Shown here one piece after another: positions 11,451 through 23,192 of a stretch of DNA of 64,000 bases (its first letter is position 1; each line of letters opens with the position of its first letter). The translations under genes and the position numbers were made by a program. Source of the stretch: Macrostomum lignano (taxonomy: Eukaryota); NCBI GenBank assembly GCA_002269645.1, contig NIVC01000514.1, positions 1 to 64,000 on the forward strand, in the 5' to 3' direction. The notes under the pieces are model-generated. The model was not told the origin of the DNA, searched no databases, and worked only from the letters and a program-made list of their open reading frames with translations.

Positions 11451-12027
11451 CGTCCGTCAATCGCTAGGTGAACATCATTACCGGAGAACCGGAGCCAAAT
11501 ACATTCGTTATTTTCCGGTAAAAATCTAAAACTGCCGGCAAGCAATTAAGTTGTTTTCGAAAGTCTTACTGCCGAAAACCATAGACAAAAGGGTACAATA
11601 CTACTCAATACTTGGCTCTTCTTACTGAAATGCCTATGGCACTCAAAACCAAGTATTGAATCATATATCTACGCTCGTACAGCATAACCACAACCATCCT
11701 TCGAAGGAATAGATGGGCTGCAATCATTGATGAAAGAATAGAAAGGATCGCTCATCTTCACGATGTTTAACGTTAATCGGGCCTTTGTAATTTCCCCCGC
11801 GTACAAGCTGCAGCCAGTAAGAACTTAGGGGGGGACTATTATTAAACTCCACCAGCCAATGAAATTCATGGGGGGAATATCCCAAATTTAAGGAAGTCTT
11901 GTCCAGACTCGCTTTCAGATGAGCGATCCTTTCTATTCCTTCATCCATGGCTGCAATCTGTGCGCAATTGAAATGGGAAAGTTTGTTTGTCAGGAGAAAG
12001 TAAAAAAACTTAACACTTCTTAAGAGT

Positions 12028-13289
12028 TTACCTGGCCAAGTACAGGAGAATACAGCCAATTTATGCTGCACCATGGCACACGACGCACCTCATGCGTCTC
12101 AGCCATGGTCACGTGACTAACGTCCGCTAAAGAGTCGCTAGCCTTGTTCAGTGGGCTGATGAAGCGCAGACCCGCTATTAAAATCATTAATACTGCGAAA
12201 CACAGAAGGCAGTGACGCCCGGAGTTGCCAATCGAGTGTCGGCCCAGCCTGATTGAGAAGAGCATTTCTGCCGATTAGGAATTCCAAACAGCTGATAGCG
12301 AAGCTTGATTCTGCCGTGGCTCTCTGCGAAATCTGTTGAGCACCAGCTGTGATGCTGTGAGCTAGCCTCTCTCGGTGTGCTGGGTTTGGTCAGAATAGCC
12401 ACTAATATATAGTGAATGTAAGCCTTGCTGTAAGTGTTGCGAAGTTCTCAAGCTGCCGCTGCAGCGAGGCTGTCCTGACCAATGGTTCGGGAGAACAATG
12501 CAGACTCTACCTTCAGTACGTTTAAATTCTTGCGGTGGATTTAGCAGTACAATAGCGAGAACAGAGAAAAATTGCTTTGATAATTTAGCACAGTTCTTTG
12601 GCCCCAAAACCCGTACGCCAATATACTCTGCTGCTCACGACAACTGCGCAGCGAATTTCAAATCGTTGTGGCCAGTTTAGAGGTTTGTGGCAAGATAATA
12701 TAGAGCCAATTCACACAAGGGCCGTTGCATCTTTCATTGTGCTTCTCTGAGAGAGTAAAAAACGTACTGAGAAACTCCACGCATTAGAAGGCTGACTGGA
12801 AATAGGGTAGAGTCTGCATTGTTCTCCCGAACCATTGGTCAGGACAGCCTCGCTGCAGCGGCAGCTTGAGAACTTCGCAACACTTACAGCAAGGCTTGCA
12901 TTCACTATATATTAGTGGCTATTCTGACCAAACCCAGCACACCGAGAGAGGCTAGCTCACAGCATCACAGCTGGTGCTCAACAGATTTTGCAGAGAGCCA
13001 CGGCAGAATCAAGCATCGCTATCAGCTGTTTGGAATTCCTAATCGGCAGAAATGCTTTTCTCAATCAGGCTGGGCCGACACTCGATTGGCATCTCCGGGC
13101 GTCACTGCCTTCTGTGTTTCGCAGTATTAATGATTTTAATAGCGGGTCTGCGCTTCATCAGACCACTGAACAAGGCTAGCGACTCTTTAGCGGACGTTAG
13201 TCACGTGACCATGGCTGAGACGCATGAGGCTCGTCGTGTGCATTGGTGTCGCACAAATGCATCGCGTTCTCCTGCCTTTGGCCAGGTAA
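12028..13289. repeat. Long inverted repeat (about 484-bp arms, 294-bp spacer); foldback-like
   Basis: 12028-12511 is the reverse complement of 12806-13289. It is nearly identical over most of its length (mirrored ORFs 12187-12402 and 12915-13130) and more diverged at the outer end. Confidence 0.9.
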
Positions 13290-13763
13290 TTTTTTACCCT
13301 TTAAAATAATTTTTGAATCACACGCACTGGGGTTTGAAATTTTGGCTGAGACTTGGTATGACTTTAAAAGCTGACATATAAATTTAGCAAATCACTATTT
13401 TTGCTAAAAAGCTTCTGAGAAATATACATCACTTCAAAACGACTGTCGAAGTCATGTCAGGTAAAAGCCGTGTTCAAGAATTTGTGGCCTAACAAAAATA
13501 ATTCGGTAATAAATATCAGAAAATCTGGCTTAGAGAGTACGGAAATTGCAAACATGTTCAGAAGTATCGCGAAAACTGGAACTTTTGCTATTTCAGTATA
13601 GTGTTACAGCCAGAGTTACTTTTTACGTCCCCATGTAGCTTCAGCTCTGGTGGAATTTACCGTGGCGATCGATCCACGCCCTTAAACTGGCATTGCGATT
13701 CTCCGAGGACTCCAGAGCGCTTCTTTGCTTCCCCCCGGGGCGGCAGGCAAATGGTGTTGCGAT

Positions 13764-14708
13764 TGTAATGCATGCGCCCTTGTCGGTTGGCAGGGCGCGT
13801 TGCACTTTGGGGCTGGCTAGGGGGGGTTGGCGGGCGTGGCAGGGTCTGGCCGGCGGCCGGGCTTTGCGCGTGCTCCTCCCCAGCCGTGCCCCTGGCCCGT
13901 GCTCAGGGCTGGTTGGCTGCGGCCGGGCCAACTTTGGCGCGGGTGCGGCCCCTCCCCCCCTAGGCGGGGTTTTGATTGGCTGGCCGGCGCGGCCAGTCTA
14001 TTTTTGTTGGGGTAGTTTGTTTTGGTGGGCTTAGCCGGTGGGGCCATCGGCTCCAGGGTTTGGTTATTATTTAGTGCGGCTCTGGGTCTTGCTCCTGCCC
14101 TTCGTCCCGGTTTGTGCTGTTTGTGTTTTTCTGTTTTGGTGTGCTCGGAGAGTACAAGTGCAGGACTCGACATATAAACAGCAATACTAGTTATTGAATA
14201 CAGCGAGAAAATAACACAAGAGCCTTAAGAAGAGCTTTGGAGAATTCAGAACCTGCACTGACCAACGAGCAAACCAATAGACGTGAGAACGGCGATTTGG
14301 CCACTGTACAACGAGCGAATCAATAAACGTAACGGCGATTTGGCCACTGGTACGCCGCCTGCTGCTTGAGTTCGTTATTTTCTGGGAGCTTGTTAGGCTG
14401 AGTTCTTGCCAGAGCGTCATAACGCCGGGAGATCATATAGCTTTTTGTAGTACTGTACCGTCTACTCTATTATAGTGTGTACAACCTACAGTATCGAAAC
14501 TAGAAGCACCCGAGAGTGTCACCACACCCCGAGCCGCAGCGTGAACTCTGAGTGTCACAACACCAGAGGGATCGAACTATTATCGCAGAGCGTCGTCACG
14601 CCTGCTCGTATCCATAAAAGTACCGACAGAGCGTCACTACGCCTGTTATATTACGTGTAAAATAATTGTACTCGGGACTGGGTACCCAAACCGACCCGGG
14701 TTACAACA
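13764..14708 (+). mobile_element. Solo LTR (945 bp), family A, copy 1
   Basis: TGTAAT...ACAACA with a perfect 4-bp TSD CGAT (13760-13763, 14709-14712). The 3' ~230 bp are nearly identical to 23197-23428. Confidence 0.85.
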
Positions 14709-15261
14709 CGATCAAAGCGGAATATTTGAATCCGCATCAGCGCTGCGCTGGTGTGGGCTTGTGAGCTAATAGGACAATTGCCGGTAAGTACGAGCGATAT
14801 GCCAGAAGCAGTTGGATATTTTAGTACAGCGTACACTGTGTCCTACGCGCATACTCCCTGCTCATGATCCACTCCTCCCCTCGAAAAAACGCGTGTTTAT
14901 TTTATATCCATTTGCGACAACTTCCCTTAACGTACACGCAACCCATGGGTGCATAACGTTACACAGTGTCTTATTACTCTCTGCTCGTGACACTCGAGTC
15001 CTTGATCGGTGCGGGTGTATCCGGGATCGCTCGTCCTCCCCCGTACGTAAACAGGTAGCCCAGCTTTTGCCCTACTTTCAACTGCATGAGGAGCTGATAC
15101 GCTCGTAAGCAGACGTTCGCTCGTAGTTCTGAGTTAACTAATCATTCTGCATAACTCTCTGTTTATTTCACCTGCGAATAACTCTGGACGAGTCGGAGCC
15201 TCAAATTAGAATATTTTCAGGTAACGTTTTCAGCTGTTTTGAACTTTGTTTCGGCAATAAA

Positions 15262-15570
15262 TATAATAATAATTAATAATAATTGATTACACCTGACTTA
15301 ATGGGCAGATGTGCAACCGACAGCTCAGCCGCAGCTATTGCGCGGCGCATCTGAATGCTGCGCACGGCTGTTTAGTCCAAGGACTGGGGGTCGCCACACA
15401 CACCCTCAATTACCCCAGCTAATGCTGGCACCCATTTTACAGCTGGGTGAACTGAAGCAATGCAGAGTTAAGTGCCTTGCTGAAGGACACAAATTGTTCC
15501 GAGTAGGTCGAGAATCGAACCCTCGACCTTTCAGTCGTGGGTCCGATGCCCGAACCTCTAGGCTAAAACC
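15262..15570 (-). mobile_element. tRNA-derived SINE with a CORE/Meta-like central domain
   Basis: Minus strand: A-box-like TAGCCTAGAGG, B box GGTTCGATTCTC (15510-15521), then GTGTCCTTCAGCAAGGCACTTAAC..CACCCAGCTGTAAAATGGGT and an AT-rich tail. Confidence 0.7.
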
Positions 15571-15689
15571 CCTCTAAAGGTAGACAACAACCCGCGTATT
15601 TACATGGCTAACTTTGAAAGGTCAGTGAATGTCAAGGCAGGCAAGCATTTCATCTTAAAGGAAATATGATGCTCCCTTGTCCAATACAG

Positions 15690-18600
15690 GAGCATCAGTT
15701 TCTGAGCAGCAATCCCGCGGACAGAAGTTTGTTTACCTACTCGGCCTTCTATGACCGAAGAGACAGCTCCAGACGGCCTGTGGTCCGAGTGGTCGGCATC
15801 GCCTTGGGTGGCCGGGTAGACGGCCAGCTTTGCCAACTGTGGTATCGACGAGATACATCGGCGTGGTATCAGCGGTCGGCGATGGTGGCCGTGCCAGCCA
15901 CTGCGGAGATTGTGCCTGGGGGGCACGCCTGGCCCTACGACTATGTGGTCATCAGCTGCATTAATCCGGCCAGAGATCGGGAGGTACCGTATGGCGTGTC
16001 CTTTGCTAGGTGAGTACACAGATACTGGAATAAACGGATAGGTCACTTGAAAAAATGATTTCATCGATTCTTTCTTCAGTAGCAAAATTAGTTTTTGCCT
16101 TTAGAACAAATATATATATATTTGGTTATTCTGTTGTACAAGATATGTAAAGTTTTGGAAGCTGCAAAAATTGCCTTTCCACAAGCAGACCCATCAAATG
16201 AGCATCAGATCTCTTCTCTGTTGACACTGAGCTCTCGACTGCCCCAATCGGATGCACTGAAACCGAACTGGCGGGATGTTTTGTGGACCTGGCACTAACG
16301 CGAGACCTCTGATCCTCAGGTCTCTCGCTGTCCGTCTTGGTACATTCTAGATCCACCAGCTTCCTAGACGCCTGGTGCAGATAATCGGCGCTCCAAGGCA
16401 GTGTTGGCCCGACGTAGATACCATTTCTCGTAGTTTTCAACCACAAGCTAGCTTGATCAAGGAGTCCGTGTTTGCCTACCTCCGCCATCACACTCCTCCG
16501 CTGCCACAGCTTACTTTTCGGGTCGTGTAGAACCACAATCGAGCCGATTCGGATTCGGTCGAGACTCTTCTTAGACTTGTGGCACTGCTGCATCACTCAC
16601 TGTCTTGTGAATTTCAGATGCGGTCTGCTCAATCTGCTGAATTGTGCTGTGCCATTGGGGGTTACAGCTTCGTCAATGAACAGGGAGGGAATTCCTCCAT
16701 CATCGGATGTCCATACAGAATGATGAAGGGAACAGTATGCCTTTTGCCATCTTTTCCTGTCTATGTCATATTTCGATAGTCCCAGGATCAACTGATATTC
16801 TTTTTTTGGCAGACTTAACTGCAGATTCAGTCCTTCCATTACTTTGGTGATGGTAAGGCGATGAGAATCTGGACTCAATTGACAAAGGCGTTGACTTTGA
16901 ATGGAGGGCCTGAGAACCCGAGTCTGATAGCTCACGGCACGCGTTGATAAACTTGTGAGCCGGAGCTCAGAAGCTCAGAATCCCAACTGAAGCTTAGAAT
17001 ACAAACTGAAGCTCAGAATACAAACTGAAGCTCAGAATCCCAACTGAAGCTCAGAATCCCAACTGAAGCTCAGAATCCCAACTGAAGCTTAGAATCCCAA
17101 CTGAAGCTTAGAATCCCAACTGAAGCTCAGAATAGAAGCTGAAGCTCAGAATACAAACTGAAGCTCAGAATACAAACTGAAGCTCAGAATCCCAACTGAA
17201 GCTCAGAATCCCAACTGAAGCTCAGAATCCCAACTGAAGCTTAGAATCCCAACTGAAGCTTAGAATCCCAACTGAAGCTCAGAATACAAACTGAAGCTCA
17301 GAATCCCAACTGAAGCTCAGAATCCCAACTGAAGCTCAGAATCCCAACTGAAGCTTAGAATCCCAACTGAAGCTTAGAATCCCAACTGAAGCTCAGAATA
17401 CAACTGAAGCTCAGAATACAAACTGAAGCTCAGAATCCCAACTGAAGCTCAGAATCCCAACTGAAGCTCAGAATACAAACTGAAGCTCAGAATCCCAACT
17501 GAAGCTCAGAATCCCAACTGAAGCTCAGAATCCCAACTGAAGCTCAGAATCCCAACTGAAGCTCAGAATACAAACTGAAGCTCAGAATCCCAACTGAAGC
17601 TCAGAATCCCAACTGAAGCTCAGAATACAAACTGAAGCTCAGAATCCCAACTGAAGCTCAGAATCCCAACTGAAGCTCAGAATACAAACTGAAGCTCAGA
17701 ATCCCAACTGAAGCTCAGAATCCCAACTGAAGCTCAGAATACAAACTGAAGCTCAGAATCCCAACTGAAGCTCAGAATCCCAACTGAAGCTCAGAATACA
17801 AACTGAAGCTCAGAACCCCAACTGGTCGCATCTGCCCGCAGGTCGGCCTGTGCTCAGCCCCACGCAGTGCACCCGGTGCTTGCTCTGCCGTCCGAGCCGG
17901 TGCGCAACGGCAGATTCGCTGTGTGCATGTCACCTCTTCAGTCCAAGTACGACAAGGTGGACGAGCTGGTGCAGACGCTGGAACTGAACCGCCTTTTCGG
18001 TGCCGACCATTTCTTTGTGTACAAGCACTCAACGAGCAGGCGAGTGACCGAGCTGCTTTCGAATAAGCACGTGAGTGGCCTTAAACCCTGGTTGTGCTTC
18101 TCAAGTATATACTTTCTGGTGTATAGTTTATGAAAAAAGCATCATCCTATTAGATGTGCGTACAAACATCATCCACCTAGACTTGTCCAACTGGCCATTT
18201 CTTGATTTTAGAGTTGTGAGCCTTCCTCCAGTTCTTAGTATGTATCTTCTTTTCTCGACCCTTGGTGATTTTAATGTGTACATGTATGTATACGTTGTTA
18301 TAAAACCTACCGCGCTGATGATTTGTCATGCCGGCGGCTTGGCGGCTGTCTCCTGGCCGGGTGCCTGAATCCGGCGCCCTATAACGATGGGAAAAGCACT
18401 TATGTACTTGTATCTGTGATTCTGACTCCTCAAAAATAATGTTTCTCTTTGTTTACTCACCTTTTTATTAATATATCTTCACTTACACCAGCCTCATACT
18501 CATATCTCGCCCATTCGCACCTGCAGTTTGCCAGTGACGTCACCGTCCTTCCCTTCCAACCGCCATTGAAAGTAGACGTCGACCCGCAGCCTCCCGGCTA

Positions 18601-19168
18601 CGTTGTAGAATTGAAGTATTTCGGCCAGTGCGCGATGCTGCAGGACTGTCTGATGCGCGCTGCGGCTCAGTACGAGTTCGCGGTTTTCACCGACATGGAC
18701 GAAGTGATTGTTCCGAGAGGAGAGCGGTTTCGCAGCTGGCGGGACCTGACCCGAGCTTTCATGTCGGACGGTAGCATCGGTGGTCTGGCATTTAAGAACG
18801 CATTCTTTCGGCTTGAATGGGCCAGCGATCCCGAGGTCTCGCGTAATGCCACCATCACTGGTCTGAAGCTGAGCGCTCTACTCAAGCTGCGCCGCGAGGC
18901 CGAGATCTATTCGCCGATATCCAGGTCGAAGATGATCGCCCAGCCCCATCATGTCCGCATTCTGGGGGTGCACAATGTGTGGCGCTATTTTAATGGGAGA
19001 AGCACCGAGTACGTTAAATTCGAAACAGCAGGACTGCACCACTACCGCAGGTGGGGCCGGGGTCTGGAGAAAAAGTCCGTGCGGGATCCAGCCATGCTGC
19101 TCTACAAGGAGCAGCTGATTGCCAGGGTGTTGCGAGCCAGGATTGCCCTGCGTCTGCCAGTGCAGTGA
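15690..19168 (+). CDS. Glycosyltransferase family 92 (DUF23/GALT-1-like) gene, copy B; intact over the visible exons
   Basis: Exons 15690-16009, 17842-18070 and 18527-19168 join in frame through GT-AG introns (phase 2, then phase 0). Motifs YSAFYDRR, FAVCMSPL, FTDMDEVIVP, RSKMI, GVHNVW, LHHYR. The N-terminal exon(s) were not located. Confidence 0.85.
16300..16935 (-). mobile_element. Decayed gypsy integrase C-terminal fragment within a GT92 intron
   Basis: SLDRIRIGSIVVLHDPKSKLWQRR..EVG..RN pattern, plus degenerate upstream SP..QSN-like sequence. Confidence 0.45.
16965..17822. repeat. 19-bp minisatellite (CTGAAGCTCAGAATCCCAA / ..ATACAAA), about 45 units
   Basis: Same unit as 1400-1508 and 5595-6147; ends about 20 bp before the acceptor at 17841. 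Confidence 0.95.
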
Positions 19169-19313
19169 TTTCACTTTCTAATATACTTTCAGCGAATTTT
19201 TATTGCTGGAATTGTGATCGTACCTTGCTCTTACTGACTTACTCAGCTTCTAAAAGCGTTGAATACTCTCACTTGAATTTAAGACGAAACGTTAATTGAC
19301 AAACGTTTTTAAA

Positions 19314-19350
19314 GCTAACGGGTTTCGACGCAGACCGTCATCTTCAGAGC
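19314..19350 (-). ncRNA. Minimal type I hammerhead ribozyme-like motif
   Basis: GCT CTGAAGA T GAC GGTCTGC GTC GAA AC CC GT T AGC: core CUGANGA/GAAA with stems I (3 bp), II (3 bp) and III (2 bp). Confidence 0.55.
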
Positions 19351-19700
19351 ATGCCATAATAATCACAACAATTATTTAAAACCAAAACAGAAACAGGGTA
19401 ACAGAATGATAATATCAGTTCAGTCCGGTCCGGTCAATTAATAAGGGTACGAGTACCATATAATAAGGAAAGAAAGTCACCACAGCAGCAGAGCCAACTC
19501 ACAGCACTCTGAGTTTGTGTCCCCCCACCGCTAGCAAGCTGAATTCATTCAAACTAGGCTTAATTAATTTGATGTACATGTAGGCAAGCTTCAATAATTC
19601 CTAGCTCGTGGTTTAAAATTGTTTAATTAGTCATTAATTTATCAGTTACTATGTTATTTGCCACTCAATAGTTCTCTCGGAATATTATTTGTTGTTGATT
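19314..19700 (-). mobile_element. Penelope-like element 3' remnant
   Basis: Minus strand 19540-19605 reads IIEA..YIKLIKPSLNE (typical GIY-YIG C-terminus), followed downstream by a hammerhead-like motif. Confidence 0.55.
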
Positions 19701-20660
19701 TTAGTTCAAGTGCACCCTTGCCACCCCAGCATCGGGGATTGGAGTTATCCAAATTAATTTACTTCTCAAATTGACTCTCTCTCACTCTCGGCACCCGCCA
19801 CCCCTAATCTCTGTCTATTACTCGTAATTTATGCTGACTCGAAGAATTCAATTTAAATAAAAACTAAAACAACGCGCACAAGGGTTTAGCGTGTTTTTCC
19901 AACTTCCAATTGCAAATATTCGTCTCTTCTCAGAACCCATAATTTCACACTGTGGGGTCGTACAACGCTCGTATAAAGCTGTCGCAGTAGGCTGGATCGT
20001 ACGTCGGAACTTTACACTGCGGAGAAAGGAGCTAAGAACGATATTATCTTACGATGGCTTTATAGAACGGGCCGTTTCGTAACCGCGTTGCGGTTATGAA
20101 GTCAATAAGTCGCGTTTCTGCCGGAAGCAATGCCCCATTCTCTCGCGAACGTGCATTCGGGACATTTGCTGCCCGATCTGCTTGCTACCTGCGGAACTGC
20201 TGAAGGTACCCGGTGAGCACTTGTAACAGCTTGACGACCCAGTGCGGTTCCATTGGTCTGCAGGACACTGTGGTGTCTGGCCTGTTGAGTGCTCTTGCAC
20301 TTTTTGAGTTGTTTTTGCATGCGCCCAAGGCGGCCATCCCCAGACCAGTTCTGGCTGGTTGGGAGGGGGGCGCTCGGCCCAGCTTGAGTCTTTCCCCGCG
20401 GCGGCCACTGATTGGCTGGGCTTGTGTTTTTGTGTTTTTATTGTCTGGCTCCCAGTCAATCAGATCTGCTCGGCGGGCACGCTGATTGGCTGAGGGGTCG
20501 TCTCTTTTGTTTGGCGTCTCTCTCTCTCTCTCTCGCGCTGTCTGCCCCTCTACCCTGTTAAGTGGTATATAGTGCTCAAGCCTGGCCCAGCCAGCTCCCC
20601 ACTCTCCGCTCCGCGCCCCGTGCCTAGCTCTTCAAACTAACCTAGCGATATTCAAGCGAG

Positions 20661-20761
20661 CCGTAAAGACGGCCTCTTACTGCGAAGACTCTTAATTTTG
20701 CATGCGATACTCAAGCGAGCCGTGTCTATACAGTCTCTTACTGCGAGGACTCAATTGATTG
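20661..20761 (+). other. Two spliced-leader-like sequences inside the LTR
   Basis: 20661-20704 CCGTAAAGACGGCCTCTTACTGCGAAGACTCTTAATTTTGCATG and 20733-20761 GTCTCTTACTGCGAGGACTCAATTGATTG. These match the M. lignano SL as recalled at 38/44 and 27/29, and show the flatworm-type CCGT..ACGG 5' stem and GCATG end. Confidence 0.75.
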
Positions 20762-20987
20762 GGAGCAAATAAAGCGGTCAAGTGGTGGCGATCCTCGAAC
20801 GAGCTCCACAGTTTCTGGCACCGGTAAGACACCCGAGTTCATTCGCTTCTTTAGCTTTTCCGAGGCCTTGCCGTAGCAGTGATTCCATAGCTAGAGCGTC
20901 ATCACGCCTGCGACTGTGACCACTGCAGCACAGCAGCGTTGTATATTGTGTATTATTGTAGTACTGTACCGGTTACTTTATATAGTG

Positions 20988-23192
20988 TGATGTAACCGCC
21001 CTTGTCGCCGGTCCGCTCCTATTGAGAGACGAACGCTTGGCTAGAGGGGGCAATGACCGTAGGCTGCCTATGACCGGGCAATGACCTGACGGACCTCCAG
21101 CACCAGACTGTCCCGCCCACATGATTGATAGCTTTGGTAGCGCTTTGTGACCAGAGGGCCAAAGACCCACATGGACCCCACCTGTAGCCAAGGTGCAATA
21201 GTTGGTCACTCGGTCATGGTATGACAGAGTGGCTGCCACCACTCTATGTGACCTGGCGAACCTGGATCTTTCTAACCAGACCTCTCGAGGCTAGAGCCCC
21301 GCTGGGATGGTTACCAGGAGATTTAGGCTAACAGGGGAGACACATGCAGCCGAGTACAGGGACTCTGCTTGGGGCATGATCGAGAACTCTGGGCTCAATC
21401 TGGAGGATTTTCAGCAGGGGATCCTTTGTGGCTGTGAGCGAGGCTGACTTGCGACTTTGATTACTAAGAGTAGTATGAGGCGAACATGTACTGTCTACAG
21501 TTTAGATTGCTCAGGGCGAAGGGACGCGTCAGCATGGGGTTGCAACCTTCCTACTGCCATTCTGTGCCAAGAGTCGCTAATCCCTCTACTGCACGCACAC
21601 ACGGCCCCGCAGCACGCACTCACAGGCGAGCTTTGCACAGTGAGAGGCCATTAGCTTACCCAAACTTCCCTATGCTTTGCCACCCCAGGAGAAAGGCTTA
21701 GCAAGCCCTGGGTGAAATGATGGTGAAAGAGTGAATCATGATGAGGTTAGTTAATAATTAGGCCCTTAGGCAAATAATCAGGCAATAGGCGGCTTCACTA
21801 TTGAGTAAAAATACAGCAAAAGGTACGGTATCACAACTGGCTCAGCTCTCTAATCAGACAATGGACAAATAGGCAAACTCCGGATAAGCAAAGGCAATTA
21901 GAGCACAAATCAGTAACAGGAACTTACCGGCAGCTGCACAGAGAGAGAGAGAGAGGCGGAGTGACCGAGGGCGGCTGTAGGCTGCAGTCAGGCGGACAGT
22001 GAAGCGGCGATGCGCTGAAGCGACGAGGCGCTGGTGTAGATCAGGCGAAGCTGATGATGCTGGGCGGTGTCAGACCGCTGGCCAATAGGCGAGCTCACTT
22101 AAGGAGCTGAAGATAACTTGGCGGTAACAGACCGCGGACCGGCAGGGATTCGTCTTATAGACGAATGGGTCAGAACTCAGTCTGACGGCAAGTCTAAGGA
22201 AAGACTAGGAGCCCGAAGGTGGGCAAAAGTTGAGCATTCTCATGCCGAAAACCGCCTCCTTTTATAGCCTTCCCAGCCGCCGCTCCAAGGTCGTTTCCAT
22301 GACTCCCTCTCTCTGATTGGCTGCCGGCCGAATGACGTCAGAATGAGTCATGATGAGAAACACGAGACCGGCATAGCAACATGAGAAATAGGGAAATTGC
22401 GCAATCCGGAGGTGGGGTGGGGGGATAATTGGCGCAGCGGGTGGTCGCGAAAGTGTTGCGCAAGCAAACATTGAGAACAATAGGGCTGGGGTCGAGAACA
22501 AAGGAATTGGAAATCGGGGATAATTGGGGAGAATCGAGAACAATAGAAAAGCAAACATTGGAGAAAAGGTGATAATTAGGTGCGAAAACGAGAACAATAG
22601 AAAGAGAAAATCGGAGAAAATGTGATAATTGGTGGGGGTAAAGAGAACAAAAGAATAAAAAACGAGAACAATAGAAGCGGAGGTGGGGTGGGTGTCGCAT
22701 GAGAAATTTGGGGAGGAGAATAATAGCATGAGAAAAGGTTGCACAAGAGAGGGGGATGAGTCATCGATGAGTCATCGAGGGGAAGAAGGGGTCACACGAC
22801 TTGCGTCACCGTTTGGGAGTTTGGGAAGGGATGGGAGGTCGGTGAGCACACAAAATAGACGCAGAGAAAGAGGGGACAGCGCAGTAAAAGAGTGCAGAGA
22901 GAGACAAAAAGAGGGGGAATGGGGAAAGTACAAGAAGACTAGGGTGGAGCGCAGGAGAGATAAGGTAGAGGGGGGGGGGTACAGAGAGGGGTAGGGAGCT
23001 CCGGAAAGGCAGGTGTGGCGGCAGGGGAGACGGAACCAAGGCAGCAGGGGGGTGCAGCAGAGCGGGAGTCTCTAGGCCTGGTCGGAGACCTGGCCGAGTC
23101 TCGACAGCTCTGTGCAGGGGGGTACACGGGATAGGAGGCACTTTCGAAAAAGTTCCCATGCCCTATCCCGCGACCAGAGCGTGGTTACATCA
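20988..23192 (-). mobile_element. Nested 2.2-kb solo LTR (family B)
   Basis: Perfect 10-bp terminal inverted repeat TGATGTAACC/GGTTACATCA, TSD AGTG (20984-20987, 23193-23196). The empty site TATAGTGTGTAC is seen in copy 1. Minus-strand TATAAA at 22261-22266. Confidence 0.85.

Noticed and set aside
12156-12250. Hammerhead-like CTGATGA...CGAAAC in the inverted repeat arm
   Set aside because: Three extra bases precede stem II, stem I is out of register by 2 nt, and the pairing base differs in the other arm.
15490-15570. tRNA gene
   Set aside because: A and B boxes are present, but I could not fold a cloverleaf, and it runs into a SINE core and an AT-rich tail.
20661-20704. SL RNA gene
   Set aside because: The leader is followed by CGATAC rather than a GT donor, no Sm-site-like U tract follows, and it sits inside an LTR bounded by a TSD.
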